Part shown: one piece after another, positions 18,490-27,339 of the stretch
Layout: each line of letters starts with the position of its first letter
Position numbering within the stretch: position 1 is the first letter of the stretch
Assembly: GCA_021786315.1 (NCBI GenBank)
Contig: JAJYNN010000002.1
Location: forward strand, 545,494 to 609,493
Direction: 5' to 3'
DNA from: a bacterium
Lineage (GTDB): Bacteria; Patescibacteriota; Microgenomatia; Daviesbacterales; UBA10151
DNA length: 64,000 nt
Program-made: the position numbers and the translations under genes
The notes under the pieces: generated by a model
The model's database searches: none
What the model was told of the DNA's origin: nothing
What the model saw: only the letters and a program-made list of their open reading frames with translations

Positions 18490-18592
18490 CGGCAACTTTC
18501 CGTAGACTACAATCAGGGCTTTAGAGAGCTCTGCGCGCCCCCACCCGCGCAGAGGAAATCAAACACAACCTTCTTACAATCCCTCTCAGTAG
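18490..18592. repeat. IR1-right: 103-bp perfect inverted repeat (partner 16894..16996)
   Basis: Exact reverse complement of 16894-16996. Lies between the recombinase start (18406) and IR2. Confidence 0.9.
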
Positions 18593-18703
18593 TACGGTAT
18601 CAACAAATTCGAACCTATTTCAAATCGACGTATGCATCGGTCGGTCGGTAGAAGCCCCTCCGCTTCGCGTCGGGGCCTTCTGATCTTTAAGCTCGGCCTT
18701 CGG
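18589..18703. repeat. IR2-left: 115-bp perfect inverted repeat (partner 28385..28499)
   Basis: Exact reverse complement of 28385-28499. Abuts IR1-right, sharing 4 nt. Confidence 0.9.
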
Positions 18704-18764
18704 TCGAAGCTCTGAAACTGTCGGTTCCGAAAACGCAAAAATTTCAAAGAACTTTTCCAAAAAA

Positions 18765-21700
18765 TTATGCACTAAGTTGTATGTATGGATAATCCTTGTA
18801 AAGATTCTCTGCCTGTTCATATACCTTATCAACCATCAAGTCCACCTCTGCAAATGAAATATTATTCCTTAATAAGACTAACCTCACATCTGCTCTTACT
18901 CGAGCTTTAATAATTTCATGGTTAGTCCAGTCAATTGCTATATCTGCCCTTATAGCATGTATAATTTCTTTCACAATCCTCTTTAGATTACTATCTTTTA
19001 AAGACTTCTTACCCAGTGATAAGGCATCATAAAAAGCTAATTCCTCTACTGTTAATCCAATCTCCTTGCCAACTTCACTTGCTTGTCTAATTTCTCTAGC
19101 CAGTTCTAATAATTTATCTATCACTTTAGATGAATTGATAATATTGTTTTCATATTCCTCAATGATTTCTTCTAATTTATTAAGGAGAGTGTCATACCTT
19201 AAAATATTTGTTCTTCTGCGCATTTTTAATTCATCTTTTAACAGTTTGTTTATTGCCTCAATTGTTAGATTCTTAAATCTAGATTTCTTAATATCTTCCA
19301 GGAATCTTTCATCCAATATAGAAATATCAGGTTCCTCTCTCCCATTTTGAGAAAATATATCTATTACACCCTCAGCGACTATATTTTTTGAGATTAGATC
19401 TTTAATCGCGGTTTCTGTTTCATTACTTATATAGATTGGGTCTACAGTAGTGTTTTTAATGATAATTTTTCTAACTCCTTCGAAAAATTCTAGTTCTTCC
19501 CGAATATTATTTGCCGCTTTATGTGGCATTACTAAAGAGAAAAATTTATATAGTCTGCTGGAAAGGCTTAAGTATTGGTCTTTTTGTGCTGTATTTATAC
19601 CACCAGATACCGGATCCGTTAAAATTCCATTAACCGCTCTTGCAAAAAGTGACGCCAGTTCGCTACTAGGTAACTTATGCCAGTTGGTATATTCAATCCC
19701 TTCAAAAAATTTCTTTACTTTTTTATAGTGTTCTAACATTTTCGCGACCATCTCCTCTATTGGAACCATGGCTTGTTTTTGAACATCCGAAGTGTAGATT
19801 GCTAAAGCTTTCTTTAAGTTATCAGCAACACCAATATAATCAACAATTAACCCACCCTCTTTATCTTTATAGCGTCTGTTAACCCTAGCAATTGCCTGCA
19901 TCAAAGTATGACCTTCAAGAGGTTTATCTAAATAGAGTGTATTTAAATGAGGAACATCAAAGCCTGTAAGCCACATATCACAAACGATAACAATTTTTAA
20001 AGGATCTTCAGGATTTTTGAATCTTTTCTCAATTTCCCTATTATCTAACTCTTCTTGAATTTGTCCCTGAAAATCCTTACTGCCAGAAACAACAACAGCA
20101 ATTTCCGGTGCACCCTTCATTGTTTTGATAATTTCGTACATTCTTGCAGCAATTCTTCTACTCATAGTCACAAGTAATGCCTTTCCTTTATATCTTCTAT
20201 TTATAAAATGAAAAACGACATCATAAGCCACTTTTTGTAATCGATCCTCCGCTCCAATAGCGCTCTCCAAAGTAGCCCATTTATTCCTTAAGACGTCTTT
20301 TGTATCTATTGGATGCTCAGCTAATAATTGATCAAAGTCCAAATCAATGTATTTGTTGAAAACATGTAGAGGGGTTAATCGTCCTTCATAGTAGATTGGC
20401 ACCGTTGTTCCGTCCTCAACTGCTTTATCAATTGGATATTCACTAAATTCCTCACCAAAGACCATTTGTGTATTTCTGTTTTGCAAAGAGATTGGAGTAC
20501 CAGTAATACCCATAAAAGAGGCATTTGGTAAAACATCTCTAACATTGCCTGCAAATGTGGCATATTGCGATCTGTGCGCTTCGTCTGCAATCACGATAAT
20601 ATTTTCTCTTTCCGATAAAGGTTCTCTCGTATCAAACTTCTGAATAGTAGTAAATAGAACCTCGGATCCAGCTCCTTTTAGCTGATTAATTAATCCAGCG
20701 ATACTGCCTGCTTGTTTTACAGTGGGGTAACCTGTTCGCAAGAAAGTTTTATACAGCTGCTGATCCAAATCATTACGGTCTGTTAAAAACAGTATTGTCG
20801 GGCTTTTTAGTTGCTCCGCTCTTTTAGCTTTATTAACATAGAAAACCATAGATAAAGATTTTCCGCTTCCTTGTGTATGCCAAAAAACTCCAATCTTTTT
20901 ATTACTAACGATAGCTTGTAAAGTTCTTCCAATCGCTTTGTTCACGCCAAAATATTGATGATACATCGCCATCTTCTTGGTAAATTTAGAAGCATCTTTC
21001 TCAGCGTCTGCCTCAAAGACAATAAAGTTCTCAATTAGATCAAGTAAATGATTTTTATTAAACATTCCCTTTATCAAAAGTTCTAATTCTGACTTCTCTA
21101 GATTTTTTTCGTTCTCACTCTCTATTCCTTTCCAAACATTAAAAAAGTCGAAGGAAGACGAAATAGTTCCATGCTTCGCCTTCATTAGATCGCTGATAAC
21201 AAGTACCTGGTTATACAAAAATATCTTTGGAATTTCTTTTTTATACAAGTCGTGAATTTGTGAGTATGCGTCGGCAATTGTCACCTTTCCATCAACGGGA
21301 TTTTTTACTTCAAATAATCCCACGGGAATTCCGTTAATAAAAACGACCACGTCTGGAATTCTTATAGAAGATCCTTGAACAGAAAATTGGTTAACTACTA
21401 AAAACTCGTTGTTATCCGGATTTCTATAATCAATAATATTTACGATCTCACCTTTAAGATCATTATTTTTGTCTTTGACTTCTACTCTTATCCCTTCCGT
21501 CAACCACTTAAAAACTTCTTTGTTTCCTAACTCTAAATCCTGATGATCATATTTAGTGATCTTATCTACAACCTCGTTAACTTTTTCATCTGGAATATCT
21601 GGATTTATTCTTTTTAAAGATCTTTTTAGTCGCGTCTCTAGAACAACCTCTCTATAATCACTACGTTCTTGAAAAGTTCCGCCAGGGGAGATATCAGGAC

Positions 21701-21782
21701 CATATGCATGTTCATAACCCAATTCATTGAGCCATTCTAATACTGGTTTTTCTGCTAAATTATTTTCATTAAGTTTTGACAT
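18765..21782 (-). CDS. hsdR: type I restriction enzyme R subunit HsdR
   Basis: HTQGSGKSLSMVFYV (Walker A), IVIADEAHRSQY (DEAH box), helicase C motifs. 1005 aa. Confidence 0.95.
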   Translation of the reverse strand: MSKLNENNLAEKPVLEWLNELGYEHAYGPDISPGGTFQERSDYREVVLETRLKRSLKRINPDIPDEKVNEVVDKITKYDHQDLELGNKEVFKWLTEGIRVEVKDKNNDLKGEIVNIIDYRNPDNNEFLVVNQFSVQGSSIRIPDVVVFINGIPVGLFEVKNPVDGKVTIADAYSQIHDLYKKEIPKIFLYNQVLVISDLMKAKHGTISSSFDFFNVWKGIESENEKNLEKSELELLIKGMFNKNHLLDLIENFIVFEADAEKDASKFTKKMAMYHQYFGVNKAIGRTLQAIVSNKKIGVFWHTQGSGKSLSMVFYVNKAKRAEQLKSPTILFLTDRNDLDQQLYKTFLRTGYPTVKQAGSIAGLINQLKGAGSEVLFTTIQKFDTREPLSERENIIVIADEAHRSQYATFAGNVRDVLPNASFMGITGTPISLQNRNTQMVFGEEFSEYPIDKAVEDGTTVPIYYEGRLTPLHVFNKYIDLDFDQLLAEHPIDTKDVLRNKWATLESAIGAEDRLQKVAYDVVFHFINRRYKGKALLVTMSRRIAARMYEIIKTMKGAPEIAVVVSGSKDFQGQIQEELDNREIEKRFKNPEDPLKIVIVCDMWLTGFDVPHLNTLYLDKPLEGHTLMQAIARVNRRYKDKEGGLIVDYIGVADNLKKALAIYTSDVQKQAMVPIEEMVAKMLEHYKKVKKFFEGIEYTNWHKLPSSELASLFARAVNGILTDPVSGGINTAQKDQYLSLSSRLYKFFSLVMPHKAANNIREELEFFEGVRKIIIKNTTVDPIYISNETETAIKDLISKNIVAEGVIDIFSQNGREEPDISILDERFLEDIKKSRFKNLTIEAINKLLKDELKMRRRTNILRYDTLLNKLEEIIEEYENNIINSSKVIDKLLELAREIRQASEVGKEIGLTVEELAFYDALSLGKKSLKDSNLKRIVKEIIHAIRADIAIDWTNHEIIKARVRADVRLVLLRNNISFAEVDLMVDKVYEQAENLYKDYPYIQLSA

Positions 21783-21783
21783 A

Positions 21784-22602
21784 TTAGTGATCTTCCAATT
21801 GTAATTTTTGTTGAGGTTCTTTATATGACTCTATATCAACTACTTTAATTTTGGGAACCTCATAATCACTATTTCTTATTACTATCCCTCTCAACTGAAC
21901 TTTTTCCATTTCAAGATATTCGTGAAATTTCGTCGTACTCTTTTCTTTATCCAAAGGAGAAACATTTAAGGTGTACCCTTTATAAATAAATCCTAAATCA
22001 TTTAATTTTTTATTTATCCGTGTAATTTCTCCATCTATAACAACTTCCTCTCCGTTTCTAAGTTCCGGTAATATGGGATCTTCTTGTTTATCTACATAAA
22101 ATTGATACTTATTATCGCAAGTAATCTTGAATGACTTATCTCCTATAACGATTTCCGCATGTTCGTTGTATTCGCTAACTGGCCTCGCCATTTTTTCTGC
22201 ACCTTTTCTGAAATCATAACTTCTACATAATTCAAAGACCTTCTTGTCGGAAATGGCGTCTAACAATTCTTTTGTGGGATTCTTCAAGCTATTCGATCCA
22301 AATCTATCGATTATTACAAAGGCTGATACTATTATTGTGGCTACATAACTTATTCGCTCTACGGTTTGCCAGGGGTGCTTCTGAACATATATAAGCTTTG
22401 TTCTAACCGAACCATTTTCAATTGGAAGAACGTATATATTATCGTAAGCCAGCATTCCTATTTTTGCTGCTTCTTTTAAACATGTCTCCAAGCCAATAAT
22501 TGCTTCTCCTAACTCTTTAGCTGGCATTGCACTTTTTTCCGCAGAATACACTAAGAATATTTCCGATGAAGAGGGATCGACTTGGAATAGTTGTTGATTC
22601 AT
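21784..22602 (-). CDS. hypothetical protein embedded between hsdS and hsdR (no recognisable domain)
   Basis: 272-aa ORF, translationally coupled on both sides (1-nt gaps) inside the hsdM-hsdS-X-hsdR operon. Confidence 0.5.
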   Translation of the reverse strand: MNQQLFQVDPSSSEIFLVYSAEKSAMPAKELGEAIIGLETCLKEAAKIGMLAYDNIYVLPIENGSVRTKLIYVQKHPWQTVERISYVATIIVSAFVIIDRFGSNSLKNPTKELLDAISDKKVFELCRSYDFRKGAEKMARPVSEYNEHAEIVIGDKSFKITCDNKYQFYVDKQEDPILPELRNGEEVVIDGEITRINKKLNDLGFIYKGYTLNVSPLDKEKSTTKFHEYLEMEKVQLRGIVIRNSDYEVPKIKVVDIESYKEPQQKLQLEDH

Positions 22603-23745
22603 CTAAATTGTTATTTCTCCTTTCATTAATTTTGGTAAAAGCAAATCACGCAAAGCAGTTAATTTTTGATTTTCCAGCTTTAAACTGATCATAGTTCTGT
22701 AAGTAACATCAAAAATATTTATATTTTTATTGTCAGATATAAAAATATTTTGTTCTTTTAAATGCTCTTTTTTAATATGTCCCATGGTCGTAGCTTTGGC
22801 ACCCGCCTGTTGTTGAAAAAATTTTAGCTTCGACTTAAGAAGAAAATATATAAACCCTTTGGAAAAATCACTTGTTGGAACTACATTAAATATATGCTGG
22901 TTTAATATCGCCTTATCTTTATCCCAGATATACAAATCTACTGTACCAGACCAAGAGAATAGCAAGTCACCGTTTTGGATGTAATATTTATCGTCCACCT
23001 TTTTGTCTATCCATTCAGTATTATCTGAAACTCCTCTGTTTAAGTCAGCAATTTTTATTAGCGGAAGTCCTTTCTTCATTCTGTTTGTAATTTTTCCAAA
23101 AGCCCCGCCATTAATATAATTCGCTATATCCAACAATGAATATTTAGTACCTTCATTAGAGGAGAACCATTTTTTAAAAAATGTCTGGGCCATTTCTTCT
23201 AAAGTTTTTGAAATTTTATTGTTCACTTCAATCTTTTCATCTAATGCAGCTAAAATTCTGGAAATTTTTTTTTGTATAGACAATGGAGGGGTTGGAACTA
23301 AAACATTCTCGAAAGTACCAAGATTAATATTGTCTTGTGCGCTACCGATGGCATAACTTTGAATATTTCTCTTAAGATATTGCAGAGAATATAGAATAAA
23401 ATCTGGATCGCTTTTTTCTTCGTCTGCTAAAAAACCGATTACACTATCAGGGAAACACGCCGGAAAAGTTAGTTTTCCTAAATCTGCAATATTTGCTGCG
23501 ATCGTTATACAAATTGTATTAACGGGCCACATCCTACTTTGTTTTAAACCATTTTCACTGTATGTTTGTGAATATGAAGTTATTCGACCACCTGAGGCTT
23601 TCACATCACCTGTTTGTATAAATGGGTACGGACCACCATACAATATCCTTGCGTCTCTTGGCCGATGTCGAGATCTTCCTCTATTAAGTTCACCTAACTG
23701 AGTTAATTTTTTTAATTGCCAATTATCTGGAATCTGATTTTGCAT
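22603..23745 (-). CDS. hsdS: type I restriction-modification specificity subunit HsdS (two target-recognition domains)
   Basis: 380 aa. Duplicated TRD/conserved-helix architecture. Positioned between hsdM and hsdR. Confidence 0.85.
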   Translation of the reverse strand: MQNQIPDNWQLKKLTQLGELNRGRSRHRPRDARILYGGPYPFIQTGDVKASGGRITSYSQTYSENGLKQSRMWPVNTICITIAANIADLGKLTFPACFPDSVIGFLADEEKSDPDFILYSLQYLKRNIQSYAIGSAQDNINLGTFENVLVPTPPLSIQKKISRILAALDEKIEVNNKISKTLEEMAQTFFKKWFSSNEGTKYSLLDIANYINGGAFGKITNRMKKGLPLIKIADLNRGVSDNTEWIDKKVDDKYYIQNGDLLFSWSGTVDLYIWDKDKAILNQHIFNVVPTSDFSKGFIYFLLKSKLKFFQQQAGAKATTMGHIKKEHLKEQNIFISDNKNINIFDVTYRTMISLKLENQKLTALRDLLLPKLMKGEITI

Positions 23746-23746
23746 A

Positions 23747-25537
23747 TTAATAATTAATCTTTTTTAGATTTTCTAAAATTTCCTTTTCTAATTTTTCAGA
23801 TTTTGTGAAATATTGTTTTAGTTCTGATTCTAATTCTTTCATCTTTTCTTCGAACGGAACTCCATCCTCCTCTTCATCCTCCACTCCAACAAAACGACCC
23901 GGTGTTAAAACATAACCACTTTTTACAATTTCCTCTTTTGTTGTTGCCTTACAAAATCCGGAAACATCTTTATATTCTCCATTTTCGCTCCTCCAAGCCC
24001 TCACAGTATTAGCAATTAGCTGAACTTGTTCTTCATTAAAAGTCACTTGTTTTCGAGAGATTTGAGTAAAATATTTTGAGTCTCGAGCATCAATGAAAAG
24101 AGTTTCTCCTTTTCTGTTTCTGAATCTGCCGGATTCTTTATTTTTTGTGACAAACCATAACGACACTGGAAGGGAAACATTAAAAAATAGTTTTGGAGGA
24201 CAAGCAATTATTACATCAATCAGATCATCCTCAATCATTCTTTTTCTGATTTCACCTTCCTTGCCGGAAACAGCCAACGCTCCATTAGCCATTACAAATC
24301 CAGCTATTCCATTTGGGGTTAAGTGGTTTATAAAATGTTGAATCCACATAAAGTTAGCATTTCCTTTCGGAGGAGTGCCATAAACTAATCTCGGATCTTT
24401 TTCAGAAAGACGATCTGAATCCCATTCTGCATTAAATGGAGGATTAGCCAGGATAAAATCGACTTTAAGTTCTCTGAACTTGTCATCATAGTAAGAATTA
24501 CCAAATTGGATATTTCCAAAAACTCCACGGATAGCAAGATTCATCTTGCAGAGCTTTAAAGTTGTTTGATTACTTTCTTGGCCGAATATGGATATTTTTG
24601 TCGGATCTTTATGGTGCTCTTGCAAGAATTTGCTGGACTGGACAAACATTCCACCAGACCCACAACATGGGTCTAAAACCCTACTGTTTTCATAAGGTTC
24701 AAGAATTTCAACTAAAAGTTTTACTAGCGAACGAGGTGTATAAAATTCTCCTCCTCTTTTACCCTCAGCATCAGCAAACTGTCCCAAGAAATATTCATAG
24801 ACTCTACCAAGTAAATCTTTCTCTCTATCCTCATCATCGTTGAAATCTATCCGGGAAAAAATATTAATGAGTTCTCCTAAGATTTGACTTTCAAGTGGAA
24901 CGCGAACATAACTCTTTGGCAGAACTCCTGTCAGCTGTTCAGGGTTTTCATTTTCTATAGCTTCCATAGCATCGTCGATATACTTCGCTAAATCTGATAA
25001 GGCAGCTTTGCTTCTCAAATATTCCCATCTGGCGATTTCTGGAATATAAAAGATCCCCTCCTTCTTATACATGTCTTTATCTTCCAAAATCATTTCTCGA
25101 GCAGCGGGGTTAGGGATATAGTATTGCTTGTTTTTGGAATCACTCATCCATTTTTGAAGTTTTTCTCTTCTTTGGTAAAAAGAATCAGAAATATACTTAA
25201 GGAAAATAAGACCTAAAACGACATTCTTGTAATCAGAAGAATCAATATTACCCCTAAGTCTATCTGCAGCTGCCCATAGCTCTTTTTCAAAATGAATATC
25301 TGTTTTAGGTTTACTAGCTAAATCCCGAGCTTCCTTTGCTGTAGCTTTTTGAGTTTGGATAATTCTATCTTTAAAATCCTGAGGAAGAGTATTGTACTTT
25401 AGAAGATATTTTTTACCCTCTGTTCGTGTTTCGATTTCTCCAGCATTAATTTTACCTTGGAGTTGCTTTAAAACAGCCTGACGAGATATACCTAATATCC
25501 TGGCGATATCACTAATTGAGATAAAATTTTCATCCAT
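23747..25537 (-). CDS. hsdM: type I restriction-modification N6-adenine methyltransferase HsdM with extra N-terminal HTH-like domain
   Basis: HsdM_N motif ELWAAADRLRGNIDSSDYKNVVLGLIFLKYISD, SAM motif LDPCCGSGGM, catalytic NPPF (FILANPPFN). The first ~85 aa (ISISDIARILGISRQAVLKQL) are an additional HTH. Confidence 0.95.
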   Translation of the reverse strand: MDENFISISDIARILGISRQAVLKQLQGKINAGEIETRTEGKKYLLKYNTLPQDFKDRIIQTQKATAKEARDLASKPKTDIHFEKELWAAADRLRGNIDSSDYKNVVLGLIFLKYISDSFYQRREKLQKWMSDSKNKQYYIPNPAAREMILEDKDMYKKEGIFYIPEIARWEYLRSKAALSDLAKYIDDAMEAIENENPEQLTGVLPKSYVRVPLESQILGELINIFSRIDFNDDEDREKDLLGRVYEYFLGQFADAEGKRGGEFYTPRSLVKLLVEILEPYENSRVLDPCCGSGGMFVQSSKFLQEHHKDPTKISIFGQESNQTTLKLCKMNLAIRGVFGNIQFGNSYYDDKFRELKVDFILANPPFNAEWDSDRLSEKDPRLVYGTPPKGNANFMWIQHFINHLTPNGIAGFVMANGALAVSGKEGEIRKRMIEDDLIDVIIACPPKLFFNVSLPVSLWFVTKNKESGRFRNRKGETLFIDARDSKYFTQISRKQVTFNEEQVQLIANTVRAWRSENGEYKDVSGFCKATTKEEIVKSGYVLTPGRFVGVEDEEEDGVPFEEKMKELESELKQYFTKSEKLEKEILENLKKINY

Positions 25538-25627
25538 GCCGGAAGCAGTATAGTACTAAAAAATAATTCTGTCAAGTTGTCATCGTGACAACCTTAAATT
25601 AGAAATAATTGCGATACAAGAGTTTCT

Positions 25628-26485
25628 TCAGTAACACTTTTTAGTGCTACTACCCTCTAAATAATAAGACTCTTTTTTAGGATCAAACCGATATGTATTC
25701 TTTTCTTCGGTATCACTTCCATGATCTCCACAAGACCAACCTTGCTCAACCTTCCCTTCAGAATTTGGCAGAAAGTTATCGACCCAGTAGAAAGTTTGAT
25801 CTTTGTTGATTATTGGATAGACAACAGCTTTATTATTGGCCTTACTATATCCCAAGACTAAATGTTCAGTATGTCCACAAGCCAAAGTAAAACCATTTAG
25901 GAGAAACTCATAATAATACCCATCGCCGTTTAAATCCTGAAAATTCATCAAGTCCACATCTGTATACTCGAGTTGTTCTACAGAAGGTTCGCTACCTTCC
26001 AATTTCAAATAAGCCGGATCAGCGTTCATTCTGATATTTTGATAAGCTAAACGGATATTATTGCTTGGAGGTAATGGTTTCCCTGTACTTAAATCTACAT
26101 TAGAGCCCGAACCCGGAATCGAAACATCATTAATAAGTTTGTTGTTTTGTATCAGGGCTAAATGATAGTTACCTTCAATCGCTCTTCCCTCTATGCCGGA
26201 AGCACAAGAAGTATAAGCAGACCATCTGCGGGATGGTTCTAATAATTCGTCTGTTTTAGAGTTTAATACATAGAGCACCAAGTACGATTCAGGAGAAAGA
26301 TTGGGAATTTTCTTATATTCTCGGAGTAATGCTTCTTTGGGAATTAAGTTCTTGATAGAACTGTCGCTAATATTTGTTTTATCGGGTTTATTTATGTTTT
26401 TTGTATCAATTTTTAAAGAGGGAAAATAGAAGAAACCAACAATCAACACAAATGGAATGATAAATAATAACTTTTTTCTGCTCAT
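25628..26485 (-). CDS. secreted/membrane-anchored Cys-containing hypothetical protein
   Basis: N-terminal TM LLFIIPFVLIVGFFYF. No recognisable domain. Confidence 0.4.
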   Translation of the reverse strand: MSRKKLLFIIPFVLIVGFFYFPSLKIDTKNINKPDKTNISDSSIKNLIPKEALLREYKKIPNLSPESYLVLYVLNSKTDELLEPSRRWSAYTSCASGIEGRAIEGNYHLALIQNNKLINDVSIPGSGSNVDLSTGKPLPPSNNIRLAYQNIRMNADPAYLKLEGSEPSVEQLEYTDVDLMNFQDLNGDGYYYEFLLNGFTLACGHTEHLVLGYSKANNKAVVYPIINKDQTFYWVDNFLPNSEGKVEQGWSCGDHGSDTEEKNTYRFDPKKESYYLEGSSTKKCY

Positions 26486-27273
26486 TTATTACTATCAAAA
26501 ATATTTATTTCAGATACATTAATAACATTGGCTTCTCTAGTTAGGTTTCCTTTAACCATTACTTGTTTGTTTATAGAATTGTTGATGGTATTGAGGGCTG
26601 TTTGGGATTTTGGGAGTAGCTTCCATAAAGTTGTATCGGGTAAAGATAAATAGTATTGTCCGTCTTGAGTTTTCTGAATAGTTCCTTGATAGACAATAGC
26701 TCGATGAAGGATAGGGCTTGAGTTAGGGAAAAGAATTCCGGCAGCCGAATTTAGACCAGAGGTATAACCAGTTCCGAAAGAAGCTGCGAGGGCAATCATA
26801 ATAGCTACTGCAGTCATAGGCTTAATTCTAAACTTAAATCCAATATCTATGCCCTCGTTTCCCAAAAGGTGTTTAATCCATTTTTTAAAGTAAGTTACGG
26901 GATTAGTAACTTTCACATCCACCATTGGAGGATCATTATTTTCTGAGTATTTATCATTTTGGGTTACTTGGATTGGAGCAGGGTAAGAGGAATCAGGGTG
27001 ATCAGGGATATTAGGGGAAATTGGAGGATTGGGATTATCAGGGACAGTATAATCACTTTTAATAAAGTGTCCTTGGGCATCTCGCTTTTGGTGTTTTGCT
27101 AATTCACTTTGAACAGGGTCTATTAAGTCAGGAGAAGGATTTGAAGGAATAGGAGGAATGGGGGTATCAGGGAAATTGGGGGGATTCGGGGAAGGAGTTT
27201 GAGCTAATGGTTCGGGTTGAGTTGGTTGTTGAGGGGTAAAGGAATTATTAGGATCAGGCAGTTTGTCATCCAT
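26482..27273 (-). CDS. Pro-rich membrane-anchored hypothetical protein (paralog B of 15092..16069)
   Basis: Shares the DPPMVDVKVTNPVTYFKKWIKHLLGNEGIDIGFKFRIKPMTAVAIMIALAASFGTGY core with the chromosomal paralog. Confidence 0.5.
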   Translation of the reverse strand: MDDKLPDPNNSFTPQQPTQPEPLAQTPSPNPPNFPDTPIPPIPSNPSPDLIDPVQSELAKHQKRDAQGHFIKSDYTVPDNPNPPISPNIPDHPDSSYPAPIQVTQNDKYSENNDPPMVDVKVTNPVTYFKKWIKHLLGNEGIDIGFKFRIKPMTAVAIMIALAASFGTGYTSGLNSAAGILFPNSSPILHRAIVYQGTIQKTQDGQYYLSLPDTTLWKLLPKSQTALNTINNSINKQVMVKGNLTREANVINVSEINIFDSNK

Positions 27274-27339
27274 AAATCCAGTATATCTACTAGATTAGAA
27301 AGGTGCAACTGCAGCGGAAATATACAAAAAGTTATCCAA

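Noticed and set aside
18376-18651. ORF 18376-18651 (+), 91 aa
   Set aside because: It is a translation of IR1-right and IR2-left. Its peptide duplicates the read-through tail of the recombinase ORF only because the DNA is an inverted repeat.
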